A DNA stretch of 64,000 nucleotides from Amoebidium appalachense (GCA_963693365.1 CAVNZM010000001.1:124001-188000), one strand, 5' to 3'. Shown: positions 24,184 to 37,852, numbered from the stretch's first letter. Program-made: numbers and translations. The notes: a model not told the origin generated them from the sequence alone.

Positions 24184-24566
24184 TCAATGTGTGGATACCG
24201 GCTTACGAAGAGTCAAGTCAGGTGATGGAGGTGGTTCCTCGCTCACCGCCGGCACCGTCTGAGACCTCTTCAGCCTTAGCCGAGGCGGAGGAGGAGGCAA
24301 TCTCCCCCCACTACTGTTTGTGCGTGTGAGGGTGGGCAGGGATTTGTATCGCTGCATATCTGTTCCCTGGGGGGCCATTGTGGGCACACCGCCTCGCAGC
24401 TGCACCTCGTACTGTCCCAGTTGGGCAAGGAACCCTGGGTTTGGTCGGACCATGAAGCGCTTGGACTTAACCAGCGCATAGGCATCGCTAAGCGTGATGT
24501 TGTTGCGGGCCTGAGGTGGGTTGGCGAGGGGGGAAGAGTGGGAGGGGAGGATGGAGGGCGGGCGGG

Positions 24567-24599
<33 letters not shown>

Positions 24600-24884
24600 G
24601 GAGGGGCGGGGAGGGGAAGGGGGGGGGAGGGGGAATGGATGGACTTATTTTTGAGCAAGTGAAAAAGAGGAAAAGCCTGATAGAACAAAGAATGCAACAA
24701 AGACGTAACCGAGCAAGAATACAAGAAAAGAAATGAGAAGGCAGGAACGACTAATGACGAGTCCATCATGACCTCTTTTTGGGGGGGGGGGGGGGGGGGG
24801 GGGGGGGGATGGGGGGGGATGGGGGGATATGCATTTCATTTAAGCGCGCAAAGCAAAAGGAAACCAGTTGAACGCAGAGGAGGA

Positions 24885-24916
<32 letters not shown>

Positions 24917-25339
24917 ATATGTAAGTATTAAAGGCTGGAACTGTGGAACGGAGACATAAAAAGACAGCTACACAAAAACACAAAGATCTAAAAACCAGAA
25001 ACTAAAAATATAAATCAGAGGGAAGGGGGAGGGGGGGAGGGGGGGGGGGGGGGGGGGGTTAGTACAATCGCAAAGACTTAACAGAACTTTCGAATACTTT
25101 GAAAATCAGATAGCATGGACACGAAGCAGTACATTATGGAAAAACGTTATGTGTCTGCACACACGAGTTGTACAATTGTGTGTGTGCGCGCCCCCGTGTG
25201 TGTGTGAGTGTGCGTGTGAGTGAGTGAGTGAATGTGTGTGTGTGTGCCACAGTGTGTGTGTGTGTGCGTGTGTTGGTGGGGGAGAAGGGGTTGGGAGGAG
25301 GGGGAGGGGGGGGGGGAGGGGGGGAAGGGGGGGAGGGGG

Positions 25340-25375
<36 letters not shown>

Positions 25376-25628
25376 TGCAACTGGGGCTGTGTATGTACTG
25401 AGTGTGTGCAGCCACAGTTTTTGGCTTGATAGTGCATATCACTGTTTGAAGGTGCAGGCGCAAAGAGACGTGTGGCAGAGTAGGGGGGAGGAAGACTGGG
25501 TGTAGGTGGGGAAAGGGGGGAGGGGGGGGGGGGGGGTAAAAGGACAGGAGACGAGAGGAGTGTGGGGCGGAGGGTGAAAGGCAATGGACCCGGAGGGAGA
25601 TGGGGTGGGGGGAGGGGGGGAAGGGGGT

Positions 25629-25671
<43 letters not shown>

Positions 25672-26169
25672 TTCAAGAAGAATGTCATCCAACGAGGAAG
25701 GAGAAGGGAAGGAACACTACTGGCGGAAACAACACCGAGACAGCCCAAGCAAAGAAAGTTAAGAACCCGACGACACACAGAAGCATGGACTGCAAAAGCA
25801 CACGTCAGGTAGAGACAGGGTTTCCGATTCTTTCGTTTAGTTTGCTATCCCATGCCTACCAAATTTGCTCGGAATTCCACGCTTGCTTCTCCCCTCCCCT
25901 GCCCTTCCTTCTCGCCCTTGTTCGTTAAGTACTTCCTCCTGTGCACTACCCAGCCAACAAAAGCGCACGATCATGTACACTTACATACACACCAAGCCGG
26001 GAGAAAAGATTAAACTTGCACATAGGTGCAGTTAGCCCACATGAGCACTATATAGCGATATTGCACACTCACACACAAGCCGTACGCACGCACAAACACG
26101 CCAAAACGACTAAGCATGGACAACGGAGGGGTGCACGCACGCGCGTGCACGCACACAAACATACACGCG

Positions 26170-26246
<77 letters not shown>

Positions 26247-26254
26247 GCACACAT

Positions 26255-26290
<36 letters not shown>

Positions 26291-26802
26291 ACACAGACAC
26301 GAACACCTACCATGATGTATGCTATGACGATGCTGGCCGAGCGACTAGCACCTACTACACAGTGCACGAGTGTAGGCTCCCCTTTCTCCTCTCCTTCTTT
26401 CAGCCACTTTACCGCCCCTTCCAGCGCCGGTAACAAATCCTCATCTGGTACGTCTTTTAACGGTATGTGCAAATAACTGTACTGGTGTTGGTGGAAGCAC
26501 GAACTATCATCTGCTGCGTTTAGTATTCGCTTGATGCCAAGCCCGTCCAGTTCTTTCTTGTCTGCTGCGTTTCTTTCCCCCCCAAGGTATAGTATGCCGG
26601 GGATTATAGTGCTAGGGTGCATACTATAGTGTATGTTATATGTGTTCTTGCTGAACCACAGCCCGCAGAAAGAACACTCCACAGCCCCACTTGGCCAGTT
26701 CTGTGGCTCAAGTGACCCTTCGACTGTGCTGAATGCATCCTGTGATCCCTCTGTGGTTGCACGCTCAGGTATGTCTGCGACCTCACTGTTGAGGGGATCC
26801 AT
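24184..26802 (-). CDS. Atypical dual-specificity protein phosphatase; 5' end uncertain
   Basis: Exons ~26802-26311 and 24510-24184. Motifs PSTIIPGILYLG, LKDVPDEDL (acid loop), VHCVVGASRS (HCxxGxSRS), AYIM, and RPNPGFLAQL in the last exon. Confidence 0.88.
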
Positions 26803-28201
26803 GTCTTGCGTTATTCCTGACTCGTGCGTATCTATATTTGTTTTAAATCGTCTCTTTGCCCCCTCGCGTGTATCTTTCCTGAGTTGTGTGTTGTTTGTGT
26901 TGTGTTTGCCTGGTGCTTGCTACCGTTGTACCTAGGCTAGCTACCTAGGCTGGCGTATATAGGTAAAGCTTGTTTGTTTTTATCCAGAGTCAGCAAAAAC
27001 AAGTTTGCACCCCCTCCCTCGTAGGCCTGGTGATTGGCTGGTGGCGCATCAGTGGCTCGCAAACCTCGGGAGTCGCGATAGAAAAGCTGACACACTGTGG
27101 CTCTCTGTCGGCTCTCCACCCCCGTGGAATTCTAAGAGACGGTCGCGGGTCATCCAGGGCAGGACACAGCTGCCTTAGCAGGCCGGGACAGCCGTTGTAT
27201 CCGTATCACACAATTTAGGCCCTCCTCTTTGTCCCCTTGTGTAGATGTCCATACCTCCAGCACCGCACATTTACCGCATGTTGCATTACGACATACATAC
27301 ACATGCCGGATGTGCACACACACGATGAAAACCGTTGAAAATGTGTCTCTCGCCCTGTGTCACCTTATTCTCTCTCTTCTCTACTCTACTCTTATTCTAC
27401 TACTACCCCTTGGATTGTGCAAAACCTGAAATTTTTAGCTTCAGAAAATCGTAGCGTAAGAGGGGGGTACTTTGACGAATTACAACATCCAAGAGAGAAC
27501 TCAACCGAGTGCTCTCTTATCAACTGAGGTTCATTTCCACTACTAATTATAAGACCTTTCATAAATAGGATTTCTACTACGCTTACTGATATAGAGTATA
27601 CAAAAGATACGGATCACTAATAGGTATCTACCCGGAGACAGGAACCCCTCACTTATCCGTGTTATTCTCCTTGCATCTGAGCTATATCCTTCCACATAAA
27701 ACTATTACGGTAAACTAATAGTTGACCATCATGATGAGTCCTCCTACTTACTTCCAGTCGTTTCATTAATTATATACACTAGATGAATGAATGTCTCCTC
27801 ATTTATACGAATCTTACAAGAGGAAATCTTTAGTACTGGTACTCTTGTTTTTCGAGTACCTGTTACAGCTATAGTACTATGGTACTATTGTACCATCTCT
27901 TACTAAAAAGAATAATAGCTTTAGTAAGAACTAGCCCCTCCTCGAGGAGAGACACCTTGAATAATAATATAGGCTATAATAATTACATGGATAGCAGAAA
28001 AACAAACAAATAAAAATTCAGAATAAAATCTGAATACTGGGAATGTCCGAACACACCTGGCCATGGGTTTCATGTTCGCACGTGTGTGTGGGCAGACCAT
28101 GCGTGTGATACACTGCCAGGTGCATGTAGGTGCAAGAATGTGTGTGTATCTTTGTGTACGTCACGGTGTGTGATTGCACACGGTGTGTGTGTGTGTGCCA
28201 C

Positions 28202-28252
<51 letters not shown>

Positions 28253-28277
28253 ACGTGTCTGTGTACATGTGTGTGTG

Positions 28278-28345
<68 letters not shown>

Positions 28346-28850
28346 ACGTGTGTGTGTGTGTGTGTGTGTGCGTGTGTGTGTGTGTGTGATCAGAAGCAAG
28401 AATTGTGAATCATTGCCAAGTCGAAAACAACTTTTAACATTCAGCTCTAAATTGGAAAAACAAAGACAAAGCTGAAAAACTTCTATTCATAAAATCATCA
28501 ACCCACTTGTTAAAAAGCACCACAACAGCTTCTCAACAAAAAAAAAAACAAAAAAAAAGCCACATAGTATTGGGTTTTATGTGCCTCCGCCGGATTAATA
28601 TTCACTTTTCCAATTCTTCTTCACCTGCACGTGCTTTGGCAGCTTCGGGCGGCATGCCCGGTCTGAGGGTGTCCTGCCGTGCACATCATGTAACTCCCCA
28701 CACCCCCAATCCCCCACCCTCCCCACCTCCTGCCCTTTCCCGGATGACGCTTTGTATTTAGGGTTGGTTCGGGTTCGAAAATGTGAGGGGAGCGACTGTG
28801 TACGGGTGTGGGGGGGTGGGTGAGTGGGGGGGGTCACGGGGGGTGGGGGT

Positions 28851-28885
<35 letters not shown>

Positions 28886-28983
28886 GTGGGTGGCGGTGGC
28901 GGTATATACTGTGTGTGGGATGGGTTTGTGTTTGTGTATACGTGCGTGTTTTCGTGCCCTTGTGTGTGTCACGTGTGTGTGTA

Positions 28984-29027
<44 letters not shown>

Positions 29028-29417
29028 CGTGTGGGTGGGTGGGTGGGTGGGTGGGTGTACATGTGCCGGTGTGCGCACGCGCTGCAAAACCAACCCAAGC
29101 TCTGGCCCAACGTGAGATTTGACCCTAAAAAGTTTTTTTTTCAATTTCCAATGAAATAGAGCAACCTTCAACGGGAAAAAAAGAACGGAAGAAAACTTCT
29201 AACCAAAAAAAGAAGGAGAAACACAAAGCAAGCGCACCAATGTTGGAGTGTATCGGACACGTTTTCGAGATTCAACATGAAAGCCAGCATAATGATACGC
29301 TGCCAGTGGAGCATGTGATTTAGAAAGCCAGTGGCCTGCGGCCCACACTCTCGCCAGTGTCATGCCACGTATCTGACGGGTGCCATGCAGCACACCACCT
29401 CCCGCGCATATATCCAG

Positions 29418-29453
<36 letters not shown>

Positions 29454-30074
29454 CTGTCCCGTGAGACCGATCTTGAAGCTGAAGCCATAGAGAGGTGTTG
29501 GAGGACTCCGGGACCATATCGGAGAAGTGTTGGAGGACTCCGGGAGAAGGAGGGGGGCGGAGATTGGGGGGGGGGGGGGGTGGGGACGGAGGGGAGGTGT
29601 AGATAAGATAATGAACCCTACATTCAGCCGAGGAACCGTAGGCTACACTACCGGCTATACTCCTGCAGTGCAAGCCCCTGCCGAATGGCCGACACAAGAG
29701 GTACTTGCGCTGTGTGTACACGTTGTGCCAAAAAGAAATTCGGCCATCATGATTGGAGGTGGAGGAAGAGGGGCAATATTGTGTCGGGTTGCTGTATCAC
29801 GCCGCATTTCTGATTTTCGTAGTCAGCATCAACACGAGCTTTTCAAAAGCCCAAGCGCCACGTGTATCACAATCATCCACTGTACAATTTCGACTTTCTT
29901 GCATTCATAATCCTAAATTCTTCACATGACTCAACAAGCTATGTTCAAAGAGCCGTACTCTAGTACTTACTACCACTATGCATCCTTACAGTTGATTACG
30001 GCTAATAAACGACACCCAGCGATATTTAACCCTGTTTGCACATGGGATTAAACATCTAACTTCCTCGAAATCAT

Positions 30075-30482
30075 CTACTTTGTGCCTAGCAGAGGCTCAC
30101 GCTCTGCGTTAACCCCGGCTCTTCTCTCTCCCGCCTTAAACGCCACCATAGCAACCAATAGGAAAGACAGCCCCATGACAACGCTAACAATCGTGGCCGT
30201 GGTGGAATCTGATTGGGCGGGGAACGGCTGGCCTAGGATGTTGCTAGAAGCACCCAGACGATACGGGTCCACTTCAGGGGTTTTGGGGATGACGTCATCG
30301 TATGATTCGTTGTTGAGGAAGCGCTTCAGGAGGTCATATCCGACTATGGGGTCATCCTGGGGGTGTTGAATATGTCAGTGTGTGGACATATTAAGGTGGT
30401 TGTTGACTTGTTATTTCTTTTATGCCCCTTTTGGTCCCAAAGAGGGAAGGGAGGAGGGGAAGGGCAAGGGGGGGGGGGAGGT

Positions 30483-30513
<31 letters not shown>

Positions 30514-31624
30514 CGGGGGTTTTGAATGCGTCAAAAAGTACGAAGTACACAAGAACAAACGGATAACACGATGCAGAATGCAAGCCATACATAAAGAGTA
30601 TGCATAATAAGCAGAGCCCATCCTCAGGGGGGGCCCACGTCATCCACAGTACCCGAGTTTCGACCTATTCCCCTCGTTAACGAAACCCAACTCAGATACT
30701 GTTTCACTTGAACATGAGTAGGTCACCCGTCTTGATCAGAGACGAGCAGGGTTGCTTATGCAGGCAAGGGCAGTGGGAAAGGCCGGGGGTTAAAGTTGCA
30801 GCAGTAAGCAGAAGCAAGAAAAATATATCGGGGGGGGGGATGTATGCATTAGAGGGCTGGAAATATGGAGAAGACAACCTAGGACAAGCTACGAAACGTC
30901 ACAAAAACAAGACACCCGAAATCAAACAATTTAAGCGTGCACGCAGAAAACACTTGAACAGAGCCCATCATCAGGTGGGTAAGGGAAGGGGGGGGGGAGA
31001 GGTTGTATGCATTAGAGGGTTAGAGATATTGTGAAGGAACCATGTGGTTACAAATTAACGTTACTGTGGTTTCTTCTTAGATGACAGGGGGGCAAGGGGT
31101 GCTAGGGTGCAAGAGTACCGGACTAAAGTGCTTTGCTCTCGAATAACAGGACCATGCCCAAAAAAACCACACTTCGCTTGTGCCGTGCTACAAGAAGGGA
31201 CAAAGACCACGCAAACAACCCCTCTCGTCCTAGGCACAATAACAAAACCAAGGCTAAAAAGCAAGAAAAATCACATCGCACTCACCATAGGCACCAGGTG
31301 TCCGACATTATGCACCGTGACGTAGTACAGGTTGCCGTGGCTCTTGCTGTACCCAGCAATCTTGCCGTTAACCTTCCACAGTGCACGTGGTGTCTTTACC
31401 CAGTCGTTGGCTCCCGACCACTTGAGGCGGCGAATCCACATCTCATTGCCGATGTGGTTGCATGAGAGATCGAGATCGCCATTGTAGATAAGGGCACGGT
31501 ATTGCTCCACTAGAACCTGGGGGGTAGGTGTGTGAGACAAGTTTAAGACCATGTTTCTTTTGGTTTCACCTGTGTTGTTGTGTACGTGCTTGTGTGTGTG
31601 TGTGTGTGTACGTGCGTGCGTGTG

Positions 31625-31656
<32 letters not shown>

Positions 31657-31699
31657 TGTGTGTGCGCGTGCGCGCGTGTGTGTGTGTGCGCGCGCGCGC

Positions 31700-31730
<31 letters not shown>

Positions 31731-31864
31731 TGGGTGTGGGTGTGGGTGTGTATGTGTGTGCGTGTGCGTGTGTGTGTGTGCGCGCGCGCGCATGCGTGTG
31801 CGCGTCTGTGTGTGCAAAATGGGATGCAGGGTGTTCGTGTGTGCGTGGAAGCAAGCTAGGGACA

Positions 31865-31900
<36 letters not shown>

Positions 31901-33142
31901 GAGGGTAAAGGGGGGGGGGGGGGGGGGAAGGGGGGGAGGGGAGGAAGGGGGGGGGGGGGGGGGGGGGCAAGTGTTGTACGTGCAGTATGTCTCTGTACGT
32001 GCACAGGAGCCGTGTGCGTGTGGGCCTGCATTGTATCGAATGACGTGTGGATGTGGGTAAGTGCGTCTGTTGCGTACATCCAAGTGTGTGCACGTATATG
32101 CTTGTGTGTAGATGTGCATGGACGTGTACGGGCGGGTGTGAGTGTGCCCGTTCGAAGGGGTTTTTTTTTTTCAATCAATGACGCACTAGATCACAGAAGT
32201 AAAATGGCCACGGGTATAAACAAAACACAGCAAGTCATTCGCAGGATGTTGAGATGGAAATCAGGATGCCAAACAAGAGTGACGAGAGAATTGGCATAAC
32301 CTCTACGTATCCAGAAGATATGTGGCTATAAGGGGAAGCAGGATGAGGTGGCAGGGTGAGGTCAGAGGCAGAGGAAGGGAAGTAGTATGGTAGCATGTGT
32401 CTCCGTAAGGGGGAGGGAAGGGGAGGGTGGGGGTGGGGTTGAGAGATAGGGTTGAAACGTTTCATTTCGAGTACAAAGTCCTACGACACCATGCAAAAAA
32501 GAACTCATTCTCTGCGCGCGCAAGGGGAGGAGGGGGGAGGGGGGGGGAGGGGAGGGGGGCAATGGTACATTTAGCTCCTTGAGCATTGAAATAGGCCTGT
32601 CATGGGCCATGCTCTTGCTGACGGCACTGCTGCAGCACACCCATTCCCGCTGGGTCACATGGATGGCTGATTTGACATCCGCATGATTGAGAAACAGATC
32701 GATGGGGCTGCCTGCGGGTGGATGTGTGAGCATGAGTTAAAAAAAAGCGGGGGGGGGGGGGGGGGGGGAGGATTGAGGGAGGGGGGACGGGTGAGAGCAA
32801 GGTGGTTTGAAAAAGGGGAAATGGGGCATGTATCAGATGTTTGTCGGTTCCTCAGCCAAAAAAAGAGCCCGACCCCGTAGCCATCAATCATCATCTAAAC
32901 ACTGCCCCGATCATGTTTCCCCTTCACACCTCAGCCAACTTCATAGGCGTAACACAAACACAGCAACCAGGGCTTGCAGAAGGCATGGACTTTCGTTTAG
33001 TAAGTCGAGGGGAAAAGAGAAACACGGAGCGTTCTACACTTTGCCCCCCCTCCCCCCCCCCCCCCTCCCCCCAAACCACCACCAGTGCCATGGGTTCGCA
33101 AGCAATGTGGGTTGCCGCGAGCGCGCATAGACACGCGCGCGC

Positions 33143-33183
<41 letters not shown>

Positions 33184-35864
33184 CACACACACACATGCAC
33201 ATGCACACAACACATGCACGCACACGCAGAGAGCGAGAGCGAGATACACACAGTGGAGGGGAAGACACACCTGACACACCCATATCCACACACGCTCCCG
33301 CACATACAACCACACACTGTGGATCCCTTCCCTATATTTGCAATGTTTTTTACATAGGGCATGCTACACACACATCCACACGCATGCCCATTCATACCCT
33401 CGCGTGCACACACACGGACACCAAGTCACACACACACACACACACACACACGTGCACAGATTCACACAACACACGATGCACACGGACACATATGCAAGCA
33501 CATATTCTGCTTTACTTACTTCCTCTAACTCTAATCACCATTCCCGTCCCTCGCTCTAGCCAGCCGGACGCACAGGACACCTGCAAAAACACGTGCACGA
33601 TCACGCCGCACACACACACACACAGACAGCTACCTATACACCCACATACGCAGGCACACATTCACCGTACCTTTCTCATACAGCCAATCATACTTCTCAA
33701 ACTTGCTGATGTCATACTGGTTGGGGTCACCCCCCGCCTTTTGCACCTCCTCCATCAGACCACACCCATAGCCCTCACCCCCCTTGTTGTCTGCTTCCTT
33801 TTTGCACTTTGCCCACTTCCTCTCAAGGGCTTCCTTTGTTTCCAGGTCAATCAGGTTGCGTCCATACCCATACGGAATGTTCGAGTAGCTCTGCGTCTCG
33901 CTATCCACCCACCCATTTCCAATTCCAAATCCGGCAAATGGAATGTGCCGGTCAGCCGGTTGGCGTTGGTTTTCAATGTGAAACTTGTATGAGATGGCCG
34001 GCACATAGTGGCCTGTAAGTGGCCGGGAGAGAATAAACGGTAGGTATCAGATAAATAGGAATAAGAGCAAGTGGCCAGGCAATAAAACACACAAATTGTG
34101 GCAACAGCCAATATCGATCAAAAAAAAGGTGAACAACATCAAGACACACGCCTGCATAGAGGGTGTACGGCCAATGTCTTCCCTATCGAACGATACGTAA
34201 TCTCTATTTCAGCCTCCTCAAACTATCTCTCCATCCTCCCTTCCCCCCTCCCCCCCTCCCCCCCTTTCTCTCTCACTTCCTCCCACTATCTCCCTCCCCT
34301 GCCCCCTCTTCCTTCCCTGCCCCTATCTTCCTCCCTCCCTTGCTCCCCCTACCCCCTCCTTCCACCCCTCCCTCCCCCCCCCCCCCTCCTGTCTCTCTCT
34401 GTGACTCCCTCTCGCCCTCCCTTTCTCTCTCTGCCCCCTCCACCCCCCCAACTGCCTCCCCCTCCCTTTCCGTCCCCCTCCCCTCCCCCCTCCCCCCCCC
34501 CCCCTCTTACGAGCCCCCTCCCCCCCCCCCCCTCCGGCACCGCCCTCCCCTCCCTCCCCCCCCCCCCCCCCCCCTCCATCACCCTCTCCCTCCTTCTCGA
34601 TCACTTTCTTCTTGGCCTGCTGGAAGCCCATAATCTCACTCAAAGGCCCCAATAGGCTATCTCTGGCCCAACCTCTTCTTCGTAGGGTTCCAATCCCCAT
34701 ACGACCAACGAAATATAACAAGAATGCACCGGCTGGCTTACACATGCCCTCGCCTGTGTGGTCAACTGTTTTTCGGCGCGTTTCTAAGTACTCAATTAAC
34801 ACTAACAAGTTTTTAATTACGCTCATTTATAGATGGCACTCAGAACACACACAGAGCCTTACACACCTGCATAAGACTCGCCAAACAGGTAGATGGGGTT
34901 CTTTCTGAGGTGGGGGAACACGTCCAGAAAGTTCTGGAAGGCATCAAAGAACTGCTGGGCCACCTCGTACTCGTTGTGTGTCAGCTGGTCCTCGCTGTTT
35001 GCGTATGCAAATCCAGTCCCCACCGGCTGGTCAAAAAACACAAGATTGCTCTCCTGGTTCCATGCACCTTCGCGCGGCACAATGGCAAACCCTGCCTCCC
35101 CCCCTCCCTTCTCGACCATAAAGGGCCCCAACTCCAACAGCATGCCTATCATGCTGCTGCAACCCGGACCACCGTTTATCCAGATAACAAGGGGGTCGTT
35201 CTGAGGATCCCTCTCCGACTCAAAGTACCAGAAAAAAAGCCCACGGGAGTTGTCCGGTTGGGGCGTTGGCGACAGGTACCCGGCATACTGCAAAAAGGAA
35301 GAGAAAGCTGAATGTGAGCTTTGTAGTTGGTATTTACTTTGTGGGGTTGGTTTAAGCACTAGCAGAAAAAAGTGTTTTGCACTGAGACTCACAGAGACGC
35401 AACGTCTGCAAACACAAGCCATAGTCGCCAGGGGGCCGCGAGAAAAAACACCGCACATGCATAGATGTTACTGTTATAACATGGATACTCATGCAGTTGC
35501 TTGGTAAAGTTGGCTCCCTGCTCGATAATTGCCATGAGAGTATAACGGGACGATGTTATAAAGGTGGAGCCTTCAACCACTATCGTGCAGCAGTAGTTCT
35601 TGACCTGTGCCTGCTGTGCTGTGTAAGTGTACCTACATTTGAGTGAACCTCCCAACGCGAAATCATGCATCACAGTGATTCTCTAATGATCATAGAAGGA
35701 AACACCACAATCACTATCAGCAAAAAAACAGCACTCACCTGGGCCAGGTTGCCCAAGCTGGCCGGCTGGAACGGCAGGTTGTTCACGCGGTACTCTTCAG
35801 CATTATGAGCTGACACTGCAGTGGCCATGCCTGCGCATGTTAGGAAGAGTGACAGTGGCCACAT
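30075..35864 (-). CDS. Serine carboxypeptidase (peptidase S10) with signal peptide and C-terminal transmembrane helix
   Basis: Exons 35864-35739, 35287-34867, 34012-33671, 32711-32569, 31516-31286, 30356-30075. Motifs [26 protein letters not shown] (catalytic Ser), [15 protein letters not shown] (Asp), GHLVPMD (His). Hydrophobic tail [18 protein letters not shown]. Confidence 0.92.
30520..30829. mobile_element. Interspersed repeat family A, copy 2 (carboxypeptidase last intron)
   Basis: Near-identical to 4299-4620; G-tract flanked. Confidence 0.85.
30840..30975. repeat. Interspersed repeat family B copy adjoining family A copy 2
   Basis: Similar to 9211-9362. Confidence 0.65.
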
Positions 35865-35956
35865 GGTGGTGGCTGGTGAATATGAACTAGGAGAAACAGA
35901 GTTGTCGGACGTTGACGAGTAGCTTTGTCAGCACAAATTTTGTTTGTGTTTCAAGT

Positions 35957-36074
35957 TTCACATCACTCACTCGTGCTTGCCTCATGCCCCCCGTGTCCGT
36001 GGAGTGCAGGCCGTCGTGCCTGCACCCAAGGGGCTGGCCGAGGCGGGGGCCGCCAGGGGGGGTCCATGCCATGA
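35957..36074 (-). repeat. Split direct repeat B2 (3' terminus of the element)
   Basis: Matches 36479-36596; similarity extends ~14 nt further. Confidence 0.9.
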
Positions 36075-36202
36075 CCCCCCCCGCACCAGCCGGGGCTGGG
36101 CCCCGCCTCGACATGCTTTATTGCCGCTGCAATCGGGCTGTGAGCCAGTCACAGTCGCATACGTACACCGTCATGTATACAGACTTAGAGGTGGGTGGGT
36201 GG

Positions 36203-36596
36203 GAGCCGCCGTGTGCTAGCCACCGAAAACGCAATCGTGCTAACAAAAACCGTACGTGCAGCACACGGCGAAAACGAAGGTGGCCTGCATCTGCAGTGTG
36301 CTGCGCCGGAAATACCGGCGCTGGTGGCGCCTGACGTCAGGCGCTGCGCCAGACCGATGTCAGCCGCCGCTGCGGCTGCGCCTGGCGCCGCGGCCCGTGA
36401 CGTCATGGGCCGCCCGGCTGCCTGCGCCCGAAGTGATCCGTGAAACATCTTTCATCTGCTGCGCATATGAAACGTACATTCACATCACTCACTCGTGCTT
36501 GCCTCATGCCCCCCGTGTCCGTGGAGTGCAGGCCGTCGTGCCTGCACCCAAGGGGCTGGCCGAGGCGGGGGCCGCCAGGGGGGGTCCATGCCATGA
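36203..36596 (-). repeat. Internal B1-A2 repeat pair (junction-like copy of the element ends)
   Basis: A2 36203-36478 abuts B1 36479-36596 at GAAACGTACA|TTCACATC. Confidence 0.9.
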
Positions 36597-36621
36597 GCCC
36601 CCCCCGCACCACAAGGCCCCC

Positions 36622-37739
36622 CTACTGCGATGTAGGGGGTCCGCCCCAAGGTCCCGTGGCGAGGCCCTGGTGTGACCAGACGGTGGCAATGGAGGCTTGC
36701 ACGTCGCGGTGGGGCAGCCGGATGTAGACCATGAATGCGTCTGATGCCCAGCGGCCAAGGGCTTTGATGGTGGCGTCGGGTAGGCCCGCTCTCTCAGCTG
36801 CAGTGGCCCCCCCTATGCGCAGGCTGTGGCCGGCGTACCGGTCGGGGTCGTAGCCCGCATGGTGTAGAGCTGTGCGGAAACCGGCGATGAAGGTGCTCTT
36901 GAGGTAAGGGCTGCCGTCGACGCTGAACAGGGGTGCATCTGGGTGGATGCCTGCCCTGGTTGACGAGACCCCCAGGAAGAGGGCTAGATTGGCTGCTGGC
37001 CAGAAGGAAGGCTCCTCCGGGAAGGCGGGCACCCGGATGGTAACACCCTTGCCCGTGGGGTCGGTCTTAGATGTCGGCAGGAAGACTGTTGCCCCAATCA
37101 GGCGGCCACCCTGCCATAGGAGCTGGACGTCGCGACGCTTGGCGTGAAGGAGGGGGTTGAACTTGGCCGCAGATTTGGACGTGAACTCGCCCGAGCGCAG
37201 GAGGCACGAGCTGCCAAGCAGCAGGGCAGCCCACAGACGCAGGGCCTCCAATGAAGAGCCCGGTTGGATGACTGGGAGGAGGGCGCGGAGGTCGGCTGGG
37301 AGGAGGGGCTCGAGCACTCGTTTGGGCCGGTGGCTGCCTTCCAGCAGCAGGAAGCGGCCAGCCCCGCGGATAAACCACTGAAGGCTCTGCTGGCCGGAGC
37401 CCGCTGGTGGTGCCATGCCCAAGCTGCGGTGCAGGCTGTTGACGGCGGAGACGATGCTGGGCATGGTCCGGGCTTGCACCGCACGCATGGCGCACCAGGC
37501 AAGGAACAGCTGCACTTGGGCTGGGCAGGCTGGCAGGTAGCCACCATCAGGATTGCGGCAGTCCATTGCGTAGATGAAGTCGATTAACTGGCGCTGGTAG
37601 GACGAGTAGGAGGACTCCGTGCTGTCACCCACTGACAGCCGAGTGATGGTGCGGGCCACCTCCGGGACACGGGCCAAAACCTCGGGGGTGAACCACTGGG
37701 CAAGCCTACCATGGTCGCCACCAAAGGGAAGCAAGCCAC
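36622..37739 (-). CDS. Tyrosine recombinase of the retrotransposon; lacks an ATG ahead of its N-terminal domain
   Basis: Catalytic motifs LLRSGEF (R), SKTD (K), HSLRIGGAT (HxxR), LGRWAS (W) and MVYIR (Y). N-terminal STESSYSSYQRQLIDF helix. Confidence 0.92.
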
Positions 37740-37852
37740 CTGCAGGGACAGAGCTGTGTGAGCATCATGCCTAGAGTCCCAGGGGGGGGGGGGGGGTAAA
37801 GGCAACGAGCGGGGTGGGCGGCAGGCAAGCGGGTGCACAGGCAGGCAAACAA

